Shown: positions 35,605 through 45,805, counted from the first letter of the stretch. The stretch is DNA of 64,000 bases from a virus (IMGVR_UViG_3300048016_000310), one strand, 5' to 3'. Made by a program: numbers and translations. The notes: generated from the sequence alone by a model not told the origin.

Positions 35605-35958
35605 TTAGAACAACTCTTCTTGTAGGATTACAAGATAAGCTTTAAGCTCATCTATTTCTTTGGCAGCTTCTTTTTTAGACTCTAAGTCAAACTCAGCTTT
35701 TGTGACTGCTTGTTTTGCATCAACAATTTTCTGAACATAGTTATCAGGCCCACCACCTTTTGCTGCTTCCAAAGCTGCTTTAGCTTTTCCAAGAGTTACC
35801 TCTGCTTGAGAAGTCTCTTTTTTAGCATTGAGTATGTTAGACTCAATGGATAGTAATCCATGAGCATACTCAATTTTGACCTGCTCAATTTGCAAGTCTT
35901 GTTGCTCTTGATTTACTTCTTCTACTGATTTACTGATTAACTCTTTGTACTTTGACAT
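35605..35958 (-). CDS. hypothetical coiled-coil protein
   Basis: 117-aa ORF. Confidence 0.4.
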   Translation of the reverse strand: MSKYKELISKSVEEVNQEQQDLQIEQVKIEYAHGLLSIESNILNAKKETSQAEVTLGKAKAALEAAKGGGPDNYVQKIVDAKQAVTKAEFDLESKKEAAKEIDELKAYLVILQEELF

Positions 35959-37102
35959 TTGATTGTTTGATTATGATTTGAACTTGTTTAAACTCTTTTT
36001 TCTTTAACTCTAGTCTTAATGGTAGAGTTCTTCTGATTTTAAAATCAGGCTGAACAGGCTGCTTTTTGATAACTTCTACATGAATTCCCTGCTTGTAACC
36101 TATAATCTTAAGCATTTCATCAAGAGTTATTACTAAATTAGTTTGACTATTGTTATCTTGAGAATAAACATACTCTGTACCTTTAAGGTTAGAAGATACC
36201 CAAAAACAAGAATATCTTCCATCTACAAAATTATCCCAGCTTACAATAACATCTTTACGTTTATATGGTCCATACTTCTTCTCACAATACGTAAGCATTG
36301 CATAAAACATAGGCTTAGTAAACTTTGGAGAATATTCTACACACCAAGATTCTTTTTCTGGTTTTTTGTAGTTAATTAGTTGAAGCATATCTAATAAACT
36401 TAGTAAAGGGTTATCTAGTCTTGAATTATCTTGAGAAAACTTTACATCTTTTTCAGAATCTACCCAAAACCAACCATACATATCATTTTTAAAATTATCC
36501 CAAGATAACTTTACAACAGATCGTTTATATGGTCCATGTTTATCAGTTAAATATTTAACCATTGCAATGAACATCTCTTCAGTAAAACTAGATGAATATC
36601 GAACACTCCAACATTCTCTTTCTGACTTAGATAAAACTTCTTCAAATTGTAAAGGTTCAAGCATATCCTCTTTGTAACCAAGCTGAGTTACTAAATCTCC
36701 ATGTTGATTTATAACTTTAACAATATACAAATCTCCATGATAACCTACTATTTCAAAAGTACAATATGATGCATCACATGAACCATGTTTTATAAAATCT
36801 TTTGGAATAGCTGCAGAATAATTAGATATATGCTGATTACCATTTAACTTAAGTCTAATAGGTCCAAGAGGATACTTATACTTTCTTAATAGTGCAAACA
36901 ACTCAGGTTTCATGTTTTCGGCATCATCAAATTCACCTTGATCTATTGCTTCCCAAAAAACTAGTCCTTCAGGTGTTTCATCCCAAGAAAAGGCAAGATC
37001 CAAATCATTCTCATTAGGTGTATTCCAATCAGAATCTGCTCTATTTTTTACAGCAGCAGCATAAACTAAAGGATAATCTTGTTGTAAATCTGAAATAGTC
37101 AT
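35930..37102 (-). CDS. hypothetical protein with an internal tandem duplication of a ~95-aa domain
   Basis: Repeats ECWSVRYSSSFTEEMFIAMVKYLTDKHGPYKRSVVKLSWDNF...FWVDS...SQDN and ESWCVEYSPKFTKPMFYAMLTYCEKKYGPYKRKDVIVSWDNF...FWVSS...SQDN. Confidence 0.45.
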   Translation of the reverse strand: MTISDLQQDYPLVYAAAVKNRADSDWNTPNENDLDLAFSWDETPEGLVFWEAIDQGEFDDAENMKPELFALLRKYKYPLGPIRLKLNGNQHISNYSAAIPKDFIKHGSCDASYCTFEIVGYHGDLYIVKVINQHGDLVTQLGYKEDMLEPLQFEEVLSKSERECWSVRYSSSFTEEMFIAMVKYLTDKHGPYKRSVVKLSWDNFKNDMYGWFWVDSEKDVKFSQDNSRLDNPLLSLLDMLQLINYKKPEKESWCVEYSPKFTKPMFYAMLTYCEKKYGPYKRKDVIVSWDNFVDGRYSCFWVSSNLKGTEYVYSQDNNSQTNLVITLDEMLKIIGYKQGIHVEVIKKQPVQPDFKIRRTLPLRLELKKKEFKQVQIIIKQSNVKVQRVNQ

Positions 37103-37506
37103 GACCCAAGAATTTTACGATATAAAAATCCTACATGCTTATAGATAAACTCCCAAGCTAAGCGAAACAGGTCCCTAAATATCCATACAAGCAAAGATAC
37201 AGGCCAATAAAACAACCACCTAAAAACAAACTCTTCTAGGTCTATATGTTTTTTTTGTTCAGGTGTAAGCAAGCCTCTTAAATTCCAAGTCTTTACTAAC
37301 GAGTAAATGAAGCCCACAAACAAGTACATACCTACATTGAACCAAGTAATGTATTGTACTATAGGATAATGTATCCAAAAGTAATTAACACCACAAAATA
37401 ATAATGTAGCAACAACTAACGTAGCTATACTCTCTTCTACTTCTCCCCATATAAGAGAGATAAAGAACAAGAGTAAACCAATGTTTAAAAATGTGAAATA
37501 TTCCAT
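37099..37506 (-). CDS. integral membrane protein
   Basis: 135 aa with 3-4 TM helices. Confidence 0.4.
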   Translation of the reverse strand: MEYFTFLNIGLLLFFISLIWGEVEESIATLVVATLLFCGVNYFWIHYPIVQYITWFNVGMYLFVGFIYSLVKTWNLRGLLTPEQKKHIDLEEFVFRWLFYWPVSLLVWIFRDLFRLAWEFIYKHVGFLYRKILGS

Positions 37507-37522
37507 ATTTAATGTTTTAAAA

Positions 37523-37933
37523 TTATTCTGTTAAACGTGATTGAACTTCTACCCAATGGTCTATGATGTGCTGAAGGTTTTGAGCTCCTCCTGGTCTAGA
37601 CTCTGACATAAATGCAACTTTATCTACAAACATGTATGCTCCATTAGAATTTCCCCAAATTTGAGGATTCTCCTTTGCCCAAAGCCTTAACTGCATGTTA
37701 TCTATAAAACCTAAGTGATAAGCTAACTTATTTGCACCATGTACAAATATTATAGGTTTTAAAGTATCACAAGCAGCAATTGCATACCAGCCACCATGAC
37801 AGTGAATAGTTCCACATTTATATCCATCTGTATTCACAGCACCTTGATGCATAGCCAAATGGTTTTCTTGTACAGTTAGTGGTAACACCTTACGGAAGTT
37901 ATCTATGACTGTTTGTACTTGTGCCTTTGTCAT
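37523..37933 (-). CDS. hypothetical protein
   Basis: 136-aa ORF. Confidence 0.4.
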   Translation of the reverse strand: MTKAQVQTVIDNFRKVLPLTVQENHLAMHQGAVNTDGYKCGTIHCHGGWYAIAACDTLKPIIFVHGANKLAYHLGFIDNMQLRLWAKENPQIWGNSNGAYMFVDKVAFMSESRPGGAQNLQHIIDHWVEVQSRLTE

Positions 37934-38241
37934 GAGTTCATGAGTTTATCAAAGAAATCTTTTAAATCTACAGGAATATCTCCCTTTAAAATAGCAGCAT
38001 TTTTTCTTGCAGAATCTAAAAACTCTTTATCTTTCTTCTGTTTCAATGCAGCTTTGGCTAAAAGCTCTTCAAGTTCTTGAAACAATTCTACTAAAGATTT
38101 TTTCTTAGCTTCTTGTTTTTTAAACTTGATTAAAACTGATTTGGTCTCTGCTTCGTAATGAGCTTCTATTACTTCTTTTGGAAGACTATTGAAGAAGTCT
38201 TTTACACTTTGAGCTATTTGTTGTTTTTGTACTAAGTCCAT
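37930..38241 (-). CDS. hypothetical protein
   Basis: 103-aa ORF, Lys-rich. Confidence 0.35.
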   Translation of the reverse strand: MDLVQKQQIAQSVKDFFNSLPKEVIEAHYEAETKSVLIKFKKQEAKKKSLVELFQELEELLAKAALKQKKDKEFLDSARKNAAILKGDIPVDLKDFFDKLMNS

Positions 38242-38404
38242 TTGTTTGGTTGTTTACTTAATTATACAATATCGTACTTTTACTTCTATCTCTTCTGTAA
38301 TCATATCTTTTACCTCTTCATCCCAAACATTATAGACAACTCTAGGAAAAGATATAATATTAGGAATGACACTAATTTCTATAGTGCCATCCTCTAAGTG
38401 GTAC

Positions 38405-39217
38405 TCATACATTACCACCTGCTAAAATTGCTTCTTTTTGTGTTGCATACACAGCCATGAATCCAGAATTATGTCTAAATGTCTGATTGTCTGATGCAGC
38501 AATAGGATAGTTCTCTGAATCTCTTGAAATAAGGTTAAAGCCTCCTCTTGGATTAGGAGTAACCAAAAAGATAAGACCTTTTGCTTCTGCAAACTCCTTC
38601 CAACCAAGTAAGATGTTAGAGTCTTTGTTTATTGCTACTACACCTTCTACAGGTAATTTATTAAACAAAAGCTCATCCTTAAAGTACTTCTCAATATCAC
38701 TAATCATACGAGATATGATAGCTATGGAAAGCTCTAAAGCTTGAGCAAAATCATCACATCCTCTGATAATAGAGTTAAACTCCCAGGAATCCCCACCTCC
38801 AGGCACAATACCTGTATCAATGTGCGATATTCTATTGAAAAGCAACTCTTGAAGTTTCCCAAAGAGCCTTTCATCCTTCTGCAAATCCCACAAGTAGTTC
38901 ATCATTAGAAGATTAGAAGCCCCTAGAAGAGCATCCTGATGATGGTCAAGGTTAGATTTACCATAATCAAGACTCCTACCTATGTCAAGAACTAAAATTG
39001 AAGGGTCTATAAGTTCTTCTGGAGTGATAACAAACTTCCTTTCTACAGAAATGTCAATATCTCCTCTCAAAATAACCTTTCTATCCTCCTTGGGATTTGA
39101 AAGGTTAGAAGAGATTACAAGCTCTAGTTTATGCACAATTGCAAATAAAGCAATAGCTGATACTTCATCAGCATGCCATGCTCCTGCATGAGTTATAATT
39201 TTTTTAATCTGTGTCAT
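38405..39217 (-). CDS. MYG1/UPF0160-family metal-dependent hydrolase (putative 3'-5' RNA exonuclease)
   Basis: N-terminal IITHAGAWHADEVSAIALF matches the MYG1 signature THxGxFHADEalA. Length is 270 aa. Confidence 0.5.
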   Translation of the reverse strand: MTQIKKIITHAGAWHADEVSAIALFAIVHKLELVISSNLSNPKEDRKVILRGDIDISVERKFVITPEELIDPSILVLDIGRSLDYGKSNLDHHQDALLGASNLLMMNYLWDLQKDERLFGKLQELLFNRISHIDTGIVPGGGDSWEFNSIIRGCDDFAQALELSIAIISRMISDIEKYFKDELLFNKLPVEGVVAINKDSNILLGWKEFAEAKGLIFLVTPNPRGGFNLISRDSENYPIAASDNQTFRHNSGFMAVYATQKEAILAGGNV

Positions 39218-39580
39218 GGTCTTAATGTTTTGGGTTGGAAAATACCTAAGATTTCTTTGCTTCCATGTGTAGGAGAAATCAGTAAAAACTTAAACACATC
39301 ATGCTACGTTCTAACTCTTAATCATTGCTAACCAATCAGCATAAAGAGTTAATACACCATTCACGAAGATAAACTTATGTTGAAATGTATTGAAGATGCA
39401 GCAAGCATTTACCTAACCAATGCTCAAAGGATAATATTAAGACTTGTATAATTTATATAATCCCCAAAACTTACCATATATTACAGCAACTATCAAAAGG
39501 TTTGGCCAATTGAAGTTGTATAGTAATACACAAAACAAGGAAGAGACATGCCATGAATGCTGTAAGAGCTATAAACTGCT

Positions 39581-39832
39581 TCATATATTAGAATCTAATA
39601 ATTTAAAGCCTCTGCCACATACCATATAAACTTTTTCCTCTTCTTGAATAACATCTCCTACTGATGTCGACCGAACATCTTTCTCAAGATTCCAAGACTC
39701 ATCTATGTTTTGTGATGCAACAAATGCACCTTGTAAAGAATCTGCTTCTACTGTTCCAACAAATTCTCTTGGTTGGTCTTCTGTTTCAGTGAAAGCATTT
39801 TCACCTGTTGAATGATAGATATGATATGTCAT
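39581..39832 (-). CDS. hypothetical protein
   Basis: 83-aa ORF. Confidence 0.3.
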   Translation of the reverse strand: MTYHIYHSTGENAFTETEDQPREFVGTVEADSLQGAFVASQNIDESWNLEKDVRSTSVGDVIQEEEKVYMVCGRGFKLLDSNI

Positions 39833-39963
39833 TATTAAAGCTATTAAAATTTAATAAATATTGTAAAATTTAAGTCGAACCAAGGAGTGAAAATGGACTA
39901 TATATGTATCCAACAGTCTCATTTTCAATCACTTAGCTCTTTTAATTAAACAAATTACACAAT

Positions 39964-40362
39964 TTAAATACCATCTGTTAATGCTTCATGTGTTCTCCTA
40001 AAAGGATCATCAAGATTAATCTTTCCAATGACTTTTACACCTTCCTTCAAAGGCTCATCAACAGAAGATTTTTCTTCTACAGCAGGCTTAACAGCATACA
40101 CATCCCAATTGTTAGTAGAGATATTATGAATGAGAGCTCTTTCGTCAACCCATTCTTTTGCTACATTGATTGTATGAGCCAAACCATCTTTCTTAGCATC
40201 TCTTAAGTCATCTATAAAATTACCTACTATTGTATCAATAGAAGCTAATGATAAAGATTCAGCATAGTTTGCTAATAACTTTTGTGCTAAATGTGCTGGC
40301 ATTACAGCCACTTCTACTTGTTTCACTCCTTGAGTGAAATCAAATTTAATTACTTGATTCAT
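39964..40362 (-). CDS. hypothetical protein
   Basis: 132-aa ORF. Confidence 0.4.
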   Translation of the reverse strand: MNQVIKFDFTQGVKQVEVAVMPAHLAQKLLANYAESLSLASIDTIVGNFIDDLRDAKKDGLAHTINVAKEWVDERALIHNISTNNWDVYAVKPAVEEKSSVDEPLKEGVKVIGKINLDDPFRRTHEALTDGI

Positions 40363-40990
40363 ACTTGTTAAGTTTATTTGTTTTTTGGTTTACCATCATC
40401 AGCCATGCAAGAACCACTTGCATAGGACTCACCTCTCTTTCTAATCTCAAGAGGTGAGTTTCGGTAATTTGTTGCCTCCATGTAACTGGACACATTTTCT
40501 ACTTGTCTTTGGAGACAACAGAATTGAGCTTGTAATAATAAATTGAAAGGAGCTTAAACTCACCTCTCTATAATACATCCTACATTATCTCTTTTGAGTT
40601 TAATAAGAACATATTGAATTTTACGGTAGTAATTTATCAGGCTGAACCTCCCAACATTAGTGTATCAATAGACCACTGACTTAATGAGTTGCTAAACTCT
40701 CTGGTGGTGTTACATCCCCTAGCTTTACGAGGAAACCCTTTTTGTGATTACATAATTCTACTGAATTTCACAGCAAATCTCTTAATACTAGTTAAACAGG
40801 ACAGAGATTTTCCCAGTCCCAATATAAAGAGCTTGAGGTTACCTATAATAAGGAATGCTCTTGCCCTTTCTTTATCAACCTCTTGGCCTTCGAGGTCAAT
40901 GTCTTAATAAGTAAGGAAAAGACCAAAGGAACAAATGTCCCAATGGTCTCCAAATTCAACCTTAACCTATGAATATAAAGTCTTTGGAAG

Positions 40991-41018
40991 AGCAAAAAAA
41001 GAGGGCAAAGCCCTCTTA
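40991..41018 (-). terminator. rho-independent terminator on the minus strand (AAGAGGGC-TTT-GCCCTCTT followed by a T7 run)
   Basis: Perfect 8-bp GC-rich stem overlapping the stop of 41016..41507, followed by TTTTTTT on the minus strand. Confidence 0.6.
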
Positions 41019-41507
41019 GTTATCCGCATGGATTCTGTTCATCCTTCTCTGTAGCATGAACTCCATTGTCTTTTCACTTTCCTTCGCAGCTAATGCCTCC
41101 ATGCCTCTCAAGGATGAGATTGTAGCCAATCTTAGTTGAGGCTGTCCTGTCTGCACCACACCATTGGATTCTGCTCCTTTGATGATAGTTACAGTCTTAC
41201 CTTCTAAGCCTAGAGCTGAACCAATGTAGAACTCCATAGCATTCCTCACTGGTATAAGGAACTGGTTGTTCACAATATATGCTCGGCCTGTTCTAGTCTC
41301 CCTAGCCTTAGTAACTGTGATAGTCACCTCATTTGGGTCTCTTGGCGTAGCCACTTCTGGCGAAGCCTCATCAAGTGCATCCTTCAAAATCTCAAGCTGG
41401 TCAAGTGCAGCATCAAGTTCTTTTTGAATAAGTGTTTTCTTTGCAGCAACTGTTTCAGCTTCTAGTTTAAGTCTAAGGTCTGCGATTAACAATTCTAACT
41501 CTTCCAT
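41016..41507 (-). CDS. hypothetical protein, first gene of the minus-strand arm next to the control region
   Basis: 163-aa ORF with noticeably higher GC than neighbours. N-terminal coiled coil. Confidence 0.45.
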   Translation of the reverse strand: MEELELLIADLRLKLEAETVAAKKTLIQKELDAALDQLEILKDALDEASPEVATPRDPNEVTITVTKARETRTGRAYIVNNQFLIPVRNAMEFYIGSALGLEGKTVTIIKGAESNGVVQTGQPQLRLATISSLRGMEALAAKESEKTMEFMLQRRMNRIHADN

Positions 41508-42161
41508 GATTTTAATAAAATTTAATAATTTAAGATATTGTAGATAGGGGTCACCCCCCGTTTGCCAAAGTAGATAGGGTATTGGTTCTAACTACCCACC
41601 ATAATCTGTACCTATAAATAATTTTTGTGTAAAAATAAAAAAGATAATTTATCTAGGAGGGGGCCTTTTTGTAGATAATTTATCTACTGGGGCTTTTTAA
41701 AAAAGTTAATTTCTCTTTTCTGCATATCTGAGAAGAAAAATTTTCTACATTAGTAGGAGTACCTAGAAAAATATTCTACTAAAGTTCTAAGAGGCCAGCA
41801 AAATATTCTATAAAAGATAATTTATCTAGAAAGTGCCAAATCTTTAGAGAATTTATCTCTTGACAAAGGTAGAAATTGTGACTATCTTTGCAGAGACAAT
41901 GGTAATTCAAGTCCAAACTTTCATGGAGACATGATTGGAACAGGCACTCAAAGTCCCATCAATAAGTCCTTTCGAATTTTGTAATTTTTCTTGGACCCTA
42001 GAAAGATAACTGTTGATTGGCATTGCTCTTAAATTTAAAATTACAGGGGGTCCCCTCCTTAATCCTCCCCTTCTGGGAGGAGTTGCACAAAAAAATAATT
42101 TATTTTATTAGGTTTATATACTTTTATAAAGTATATTTGTACTACATTTAAACAATTACAT
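41508..42161. promoter_or_regulatory. divergent control region with four copies of near-palindrome AGATAATTTATCT and several GC-rich hairpins
   Basis: Near-palindrome copies at ~41643, 41674, 41816 and 41848. aatattcta appears twice. GC-rich palindromes GGGGTCACCCC (41562), CAGGGGGTCCCCTCC (42044), CCTCCCCTTCTGGGAGG (42062). Confidence 0.5.
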
Positions 42162-42383
42162 ATGGAAGTACATTTAATGAGTCAAAGTCCTGTTGAGCCT
42201 TTACCAGCTCCAGAGGGTATTTATCAAGCAAAAGAAGGAGATTGGGAAAAGCTTATCAGTCAAGCAGCTGGGCAAGTTCAGACTAAGATGTTAAAGATGT
42301 TTGAAGTCAAAGCTAAAGAGATGGCAAACAGAGTTAAGAAGAGACGCACAAAAAGAGCTTTAAACAAGAAATACACAAAATGA
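42162..42383 (+). CDS. hypothetical small basic protein
   Basis: 73-aa ORF. First plus-strand gene. Confidence 0.4.
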   Translation: MEVHLMSQSPVEPLPAPEGIYQAKEGDWEKLISQAAGQVQTKMLKMFEVKAKEMANRVKKRRTKRALNKKYTK

Positions 42384-42886
42384 AATATTTTAGAATTGAT
42401 GGTGAGCTTACAGATGAGATTACAGATAAGTTGGTAGAGTTTTTCAACATATACTCAGAGGATCAGAAAACTGTATATCTATCTTCTTCAGGAGGTAGTG
42501 TATATCATGCTGAAGTAATAACTGACATATTAAACTTAAACAAGTTAAAAACTACTTTGGTTTTAGGAGAATATTTGTATAGTTCTGCAGTTTGTTTAGC
42601 TTTTGATTTTCAGGGAAACAAAAGATTTTTACCACAAGGAACATTAAGTATGTTGCACTTTACTAATGTAGATGTTTCTGCAAGGGATTTACACGACGAA
42701 AATTCACTTTCTTCTGTACAAGTAAAAGAAGTTGCAATACTTAATGCACATCTCCTAGAAAAGTACTTTAAGTTTTTAACTCATGCAGAACTTGAGATAG
42801 TGCAGAAAGGAAAAGAGGTTTGGTTAGGGTCAGAGAGAACTAAAAAACTAATATTAAATGAGTTACCAGAAATGTCCAGTATGTGA
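42380..42886 (+). CDS. ClpP/S14-like serine protease-fold protein (possible prohead protease)
   Basis: LSSSGGSVYHAEVITDIL resembles the ClpP INSPGGSVTAGLAIYDTM block. Confidence 0.4.
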   Translation: MKYFRIDGELTDEITDKLVEFFNIYSEDQKTVYLSSSGGSVYHAEVITDILNLNKLKTTLVLGEYLYSSAVCLAFDFQGNKRFLPQGTLSMLHFTNVDVSARDLHDENSLSSVQVKEVAILNAHLLEKYFKFLTHAELEIVQKGKEVWLGSERTKKLILNELPEMSSM

Positions 42887-43070
42887 GGGTTTAGGTCAAT
42901 TTATAGATTTGACACAACCACTAGCTAACTTTTCTAATCCTGTAACATGTCCTACATGTAAAGGAACAAGGATTATAAGTACTTTAACAGGAGAACCCCC
43001 ACTAAAACAAAAGAATACAAAGAGTCAGAATCAAAAAGACTTTGAAAAAATGTTAAAAAGCAAACTATGA
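42858..43070 (+). CDS. Zn-ribbon protein
   Basis: CPVC...CPTC. Confidence 0.35.
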   Translation: MSYQKCPVCEGLGQFIDLTQPLANFSNPVTCPTCKGTRIISTLTGEPPLKQKNTKSQNQKDFEKMLKSKL

Positions 43071-43486
43071 ACAAGAGACAGATAAAAGCTAAGCTACGTA
43101 ATTTAAAATTCTATGACCATACTTTGACAGCAAAAGATTCTGCTGTTAATGATTTGATGCTCAAGACCAAGAACATAGAAGGAACAGATTTAGTAGATTT
43201 TTCTAAACTTCCTAAAGGAATACAGAAAGAATTAAGGAGATTTCAAGTAGAGACTGAATTAGTTACCAAATTATTTCAGGCACACATTCTACATACTTTG
43301 CCTGAGAGTTATGATATTTTGACTAACCCTAAGCAGATTATAACTAAAAAGGAAGCCGAGATTATTATCACATCAGATAATACTAAAAGTGAGGGTGGTG
43401 TTTTAAAAGGAGGATACTTCTTTATACATCTACCAAAAGAGGAGTTAAAAATATTAAAAGAAATATACAAAGAACTAAGATTATGA
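43067..43486 (+). CDS. hypothetical protein
   Basis: 139-aa ORF. Confidence 0.4.
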   Translation: MNKRQIKAKLRNLKFYDHTLTAKDSAVNDLMLKTKNIEGTDLVDFSKLPKGIQKELRRFQVETELVTKLFQAHILHTLPESYDILTNPKQIITKKEAEIIITSDNTKSEGGVLKGGYFFIHLPKEELKILKEIYKELRL

Positions 43487-43728
43487 TGTTACTTACATTA
43501 ACAAACTGTCCTCCATGTAATTTGGTTAAGCAGTATTTAAACGCTCAACAAAAGGTAATCCCTTCTTTATTATATGAAAGAGGTAGGGATTCTTGGACTG
43601 AAGAGCAATTAGACTACGTAAATCGCTATAAAGTTATGAGTTTTCCTACATTAGTCACTGAAGAAGATGGAGTTATTGTAGGTTCACAAAACATTATAAA
43701 TTACATAAGTACACATGATTCAATTTGA
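43483..43728 (+). CDS. glutaredoxin/NrdH-like thioredoxin-fold protein
   Basis: CPPC active-site motif near the N-terminus in an 81-aa protein. Confidence 0.55.
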   Translation: MMLLTLTNCPPCNLVKQYLNAQQKVIPSLLYERGRDSWTEEQLDYVNRYKVMSFPTLVTEEDGVIVGSQNIINYISTHDSI

Positions 43729-44623
43729 AGAAAAAGCACATAGGTATTTTGATGAACAAAATAATACATATACCTCTGCTACACAGTTTATAGAGAAGTT
43801 TTGTCATAAGTTTGAAGATCAAGAGGAATTTTGGTTGATGTACAAAGCTTTACAATATTGTTCTTTGATAGATAAGCCTACCAAGATTAAAAAATATAAT
43901 CTTGAACTAGACCAGCGTATTAATACGCTTATCTTTTCTGAGGAACAATACAATGATTCAGTAGCATATGCTTTAAGAGCATGTAACAAAAATGTTGAGA
44001 AGTTTAAATCTATTTTTGAAGAAGACCAGTTATTTGCTTTGGAGCTTGCTGCTAAACATATTAAAGCACATTGGCTTAGTGAGAATGAGATTTCAAAAGT
44101 AAAAGGAACTACCTTTCACAATTGGAAAGAGGATGAGCAGTTTAAGGACAAGCAGTTTCAATTTAGGAATACTCTTTTAAATGTAGTAGATTCTCAAATA
44201 AAGAACTTAGAGAATTTAGAAGAAGGAGTACATCCTGAACTACGTTTATGGAACAAGAAGTTTTTCTTAGCTGGAACATCAGACCAGATTATAATTTTAC
44301 CCCATAGAAAGGCAATTATAAGAGACTGGAAGACCAACAAAGAGTTTGTACTTACAAATAAGTATCAGAAGTTAAAAGCTCCTGTAGACCATTTAGAGGA
44401 TACTCATTATAATCATTATGCCTTACAATTAAGTTTGTATGCTTGGATGCTTGAACAGTTCGATTATGAAGTGATTCACTGTGAAGTAGAGCATTTCGAT
44501 TTACAACCAGTAGGTCCAAACTGGAAGATTGTGAACAATAGGGTTTTTGAGTTACCATACTTGAAGAAAGAAATAGAAAACATGTTAGATTATGCATATA
44601 TACAAAAAAACATTTCTGTATAA
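43715..44623 (+). CDS. PD-(D/E)XK nuclease (RecB/YqaJ-like)
   Basis: AGTSDQIIIL...IRDWKT (D...D/ExK) and LQLSLYAWML (QxxxY motif typical of RecB-family nucleases). Confidence 0.45.
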   Translation: MIQFEEKAHRYFDEQNNTYTSATQFIEKFCHKFEDQEEFWLMYKALQYCSLIDKPTKIKKYNLELDQRINTLIFSEEQYNDSVAYALRACNKNVEKFKSIFEEDQLFALELAAKHIKAHWLSENEISKVKGTTFHNWKEDEQFKDKQFQFRNTLLNVVDSQIKNLENLEEGVHPELRLWNKKFFLAGTSDQIIILPHRKAIIRDWKTNKEFVLTNKYQKLKAPVDHLEDTHYNHYALQLSLYAWMLEQFDYEVIHCEVEHFDLQPVGPNWKIVNNRVFELPYLKKEIENMLDYAYIQKNISV

Positions 44624-44933
44624 TTCAGAATACAGTTTATGGGAAATCTTAGTAAAGATACATTTAGTCTTTAAAAAGATAAGCTTACAACAACAACAAT
44701 TAAATATTTTGGTATATTTTTGTATGTATGGTGTAAGTCAAGAGACTATGGATTTACTTTTAGATGATAAGATTGTACCTAACAAACAAGCTATTTACAA
44801 CACGAGAACTGTGTTAAAAGAACTTGGTTTAATCTCTAAGGGTAAAAAGGGTAGATGGATTTTAGCTCCAGTTTTAGAGGAGTTAAAGATTAAAGACACT
44901 TTAAATATTATGGTACAGTGCAAGACTCAATAA
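44592..44933 (+). CDS. hypothetical protein
   Basis: 113-aa ORF. Confidence 0.35.
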   Translation: MHIYKKTFLYNSEYSLWEILVKIHLVFKKISLQQQQLNILVYFCMYGVSQETMDLLLDDKIVPNKQAIYNTRTVLKELGLISKGKKGRWILAPVLEELKIKDTLNIMVQCKTQ

Positions 44934-45253
44934 TAGAACAAGTAGGAAAAGAGTTTGGCTTAGATAAGAGGCAAGCAAAGGAGTTATATGAGCAGTACTG
45001 GATGGAATTCGTAATCCGTTCATTATATGAGCTCAAGCATGATTATATTTTTGTAGAAGGTTTAGGAACTTTTTCAATAAAGCTACGAAAACTTTTAAGA
45101 CAAAAACATTTACTTAATGCTAAGCTTAAAGTTATTTCCTCAGATTCTAGTCTTAGGCCAGCTGCTGAACAAAAATTATTACAAATACAAAAATTAATAG
45201 ATTATGTTGAAATGGCAAACACTCGTAGAAACTACAAAAAGTATTATGGATGA
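44918..45253 (+). CDS. hypothetical protein
   Basis: 111-aa ORF. Confidence 0.35.
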   Translation: MQDSIIEQVGKEFGLDKRQAKELYEQYWMEFVIRSLYELKHDYIFVEGLGTFSIKLRKLLRQKHLLNAKLKVISSDSSLRPAAEQKLLQIQKLIDYVEMANTRRNYKKYYG

Positions 45254-45554
45254 CCCTAAAAATGTGTGGTATTTTATACAAGGTACAGTTCGAATGTATT
45301 TATATAAAAATTATCCTATGTTTTTAAGAAGTCACATAATAGAACAGTTTGAATGGAGAAAAAAGAAAGCTTTAAAATGCTCTAAAAACAAAAAATGCCT
45401 TGCTTGTGGCTGTAAAACTGATGATTTATTTTTTGCAGATAAAGCTTGCAGCTTGTCGAAAATAGATTCAGAAGATACAAGAATATTTTTAGCAAATAGA
45501 AAAACTGTTTGCTATCCAAAAATGATGTCAAATAAAAAATGGAATAACAAATGA
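45204..45554 (+). CDS. hypothetical Cys-rich protein
   Basis: CLACGC...C cluster. Confidence 0.35.
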   Translation: MLKWQTLVETTKSIMDDPKNVWYFIQGTVRMYLYKNYPMFLRSHIIEQFEWRKKKALKCSKNKKCLACGCKTDDLFFADKACSLSKIDSEDTRIFLANRKTVCYPKMMSNKKWNNK

Positions 45555-45805
45555 TTTGGAACAAACAACAACATGACTTTGGTAAAGTCAAAGTGGGAGA
45601 AAAACTGGAAACAACTTTTCAGTATTTTGGAGAGGAAGCTTTAGTAGCTTCTGACTTTCATAAAATGTGTACTTGTACAGGGTTTACCTGGGACAGAGCA
45701 AGAGGAATACTTACAGTAGGACTTAAAAACGATACCACAGGATATAAGTCAAGTTTTATAAAAGTAAAAGGAGTAGAATTATCATTTAAAGCCATAGCAG
45801 AATGA
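45551..45805 (+). CDS. hypothetical protein
   Basis: 84-aa ORF. Confidence 0.35.
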   Translation: MIWNKQQHDFGKVKVGEKLETTFQYFGEEALVASDFHKMCTCTGFTWDRARGILTVGLKNDTTGYKSSFIKVKGVELSFKAIAE

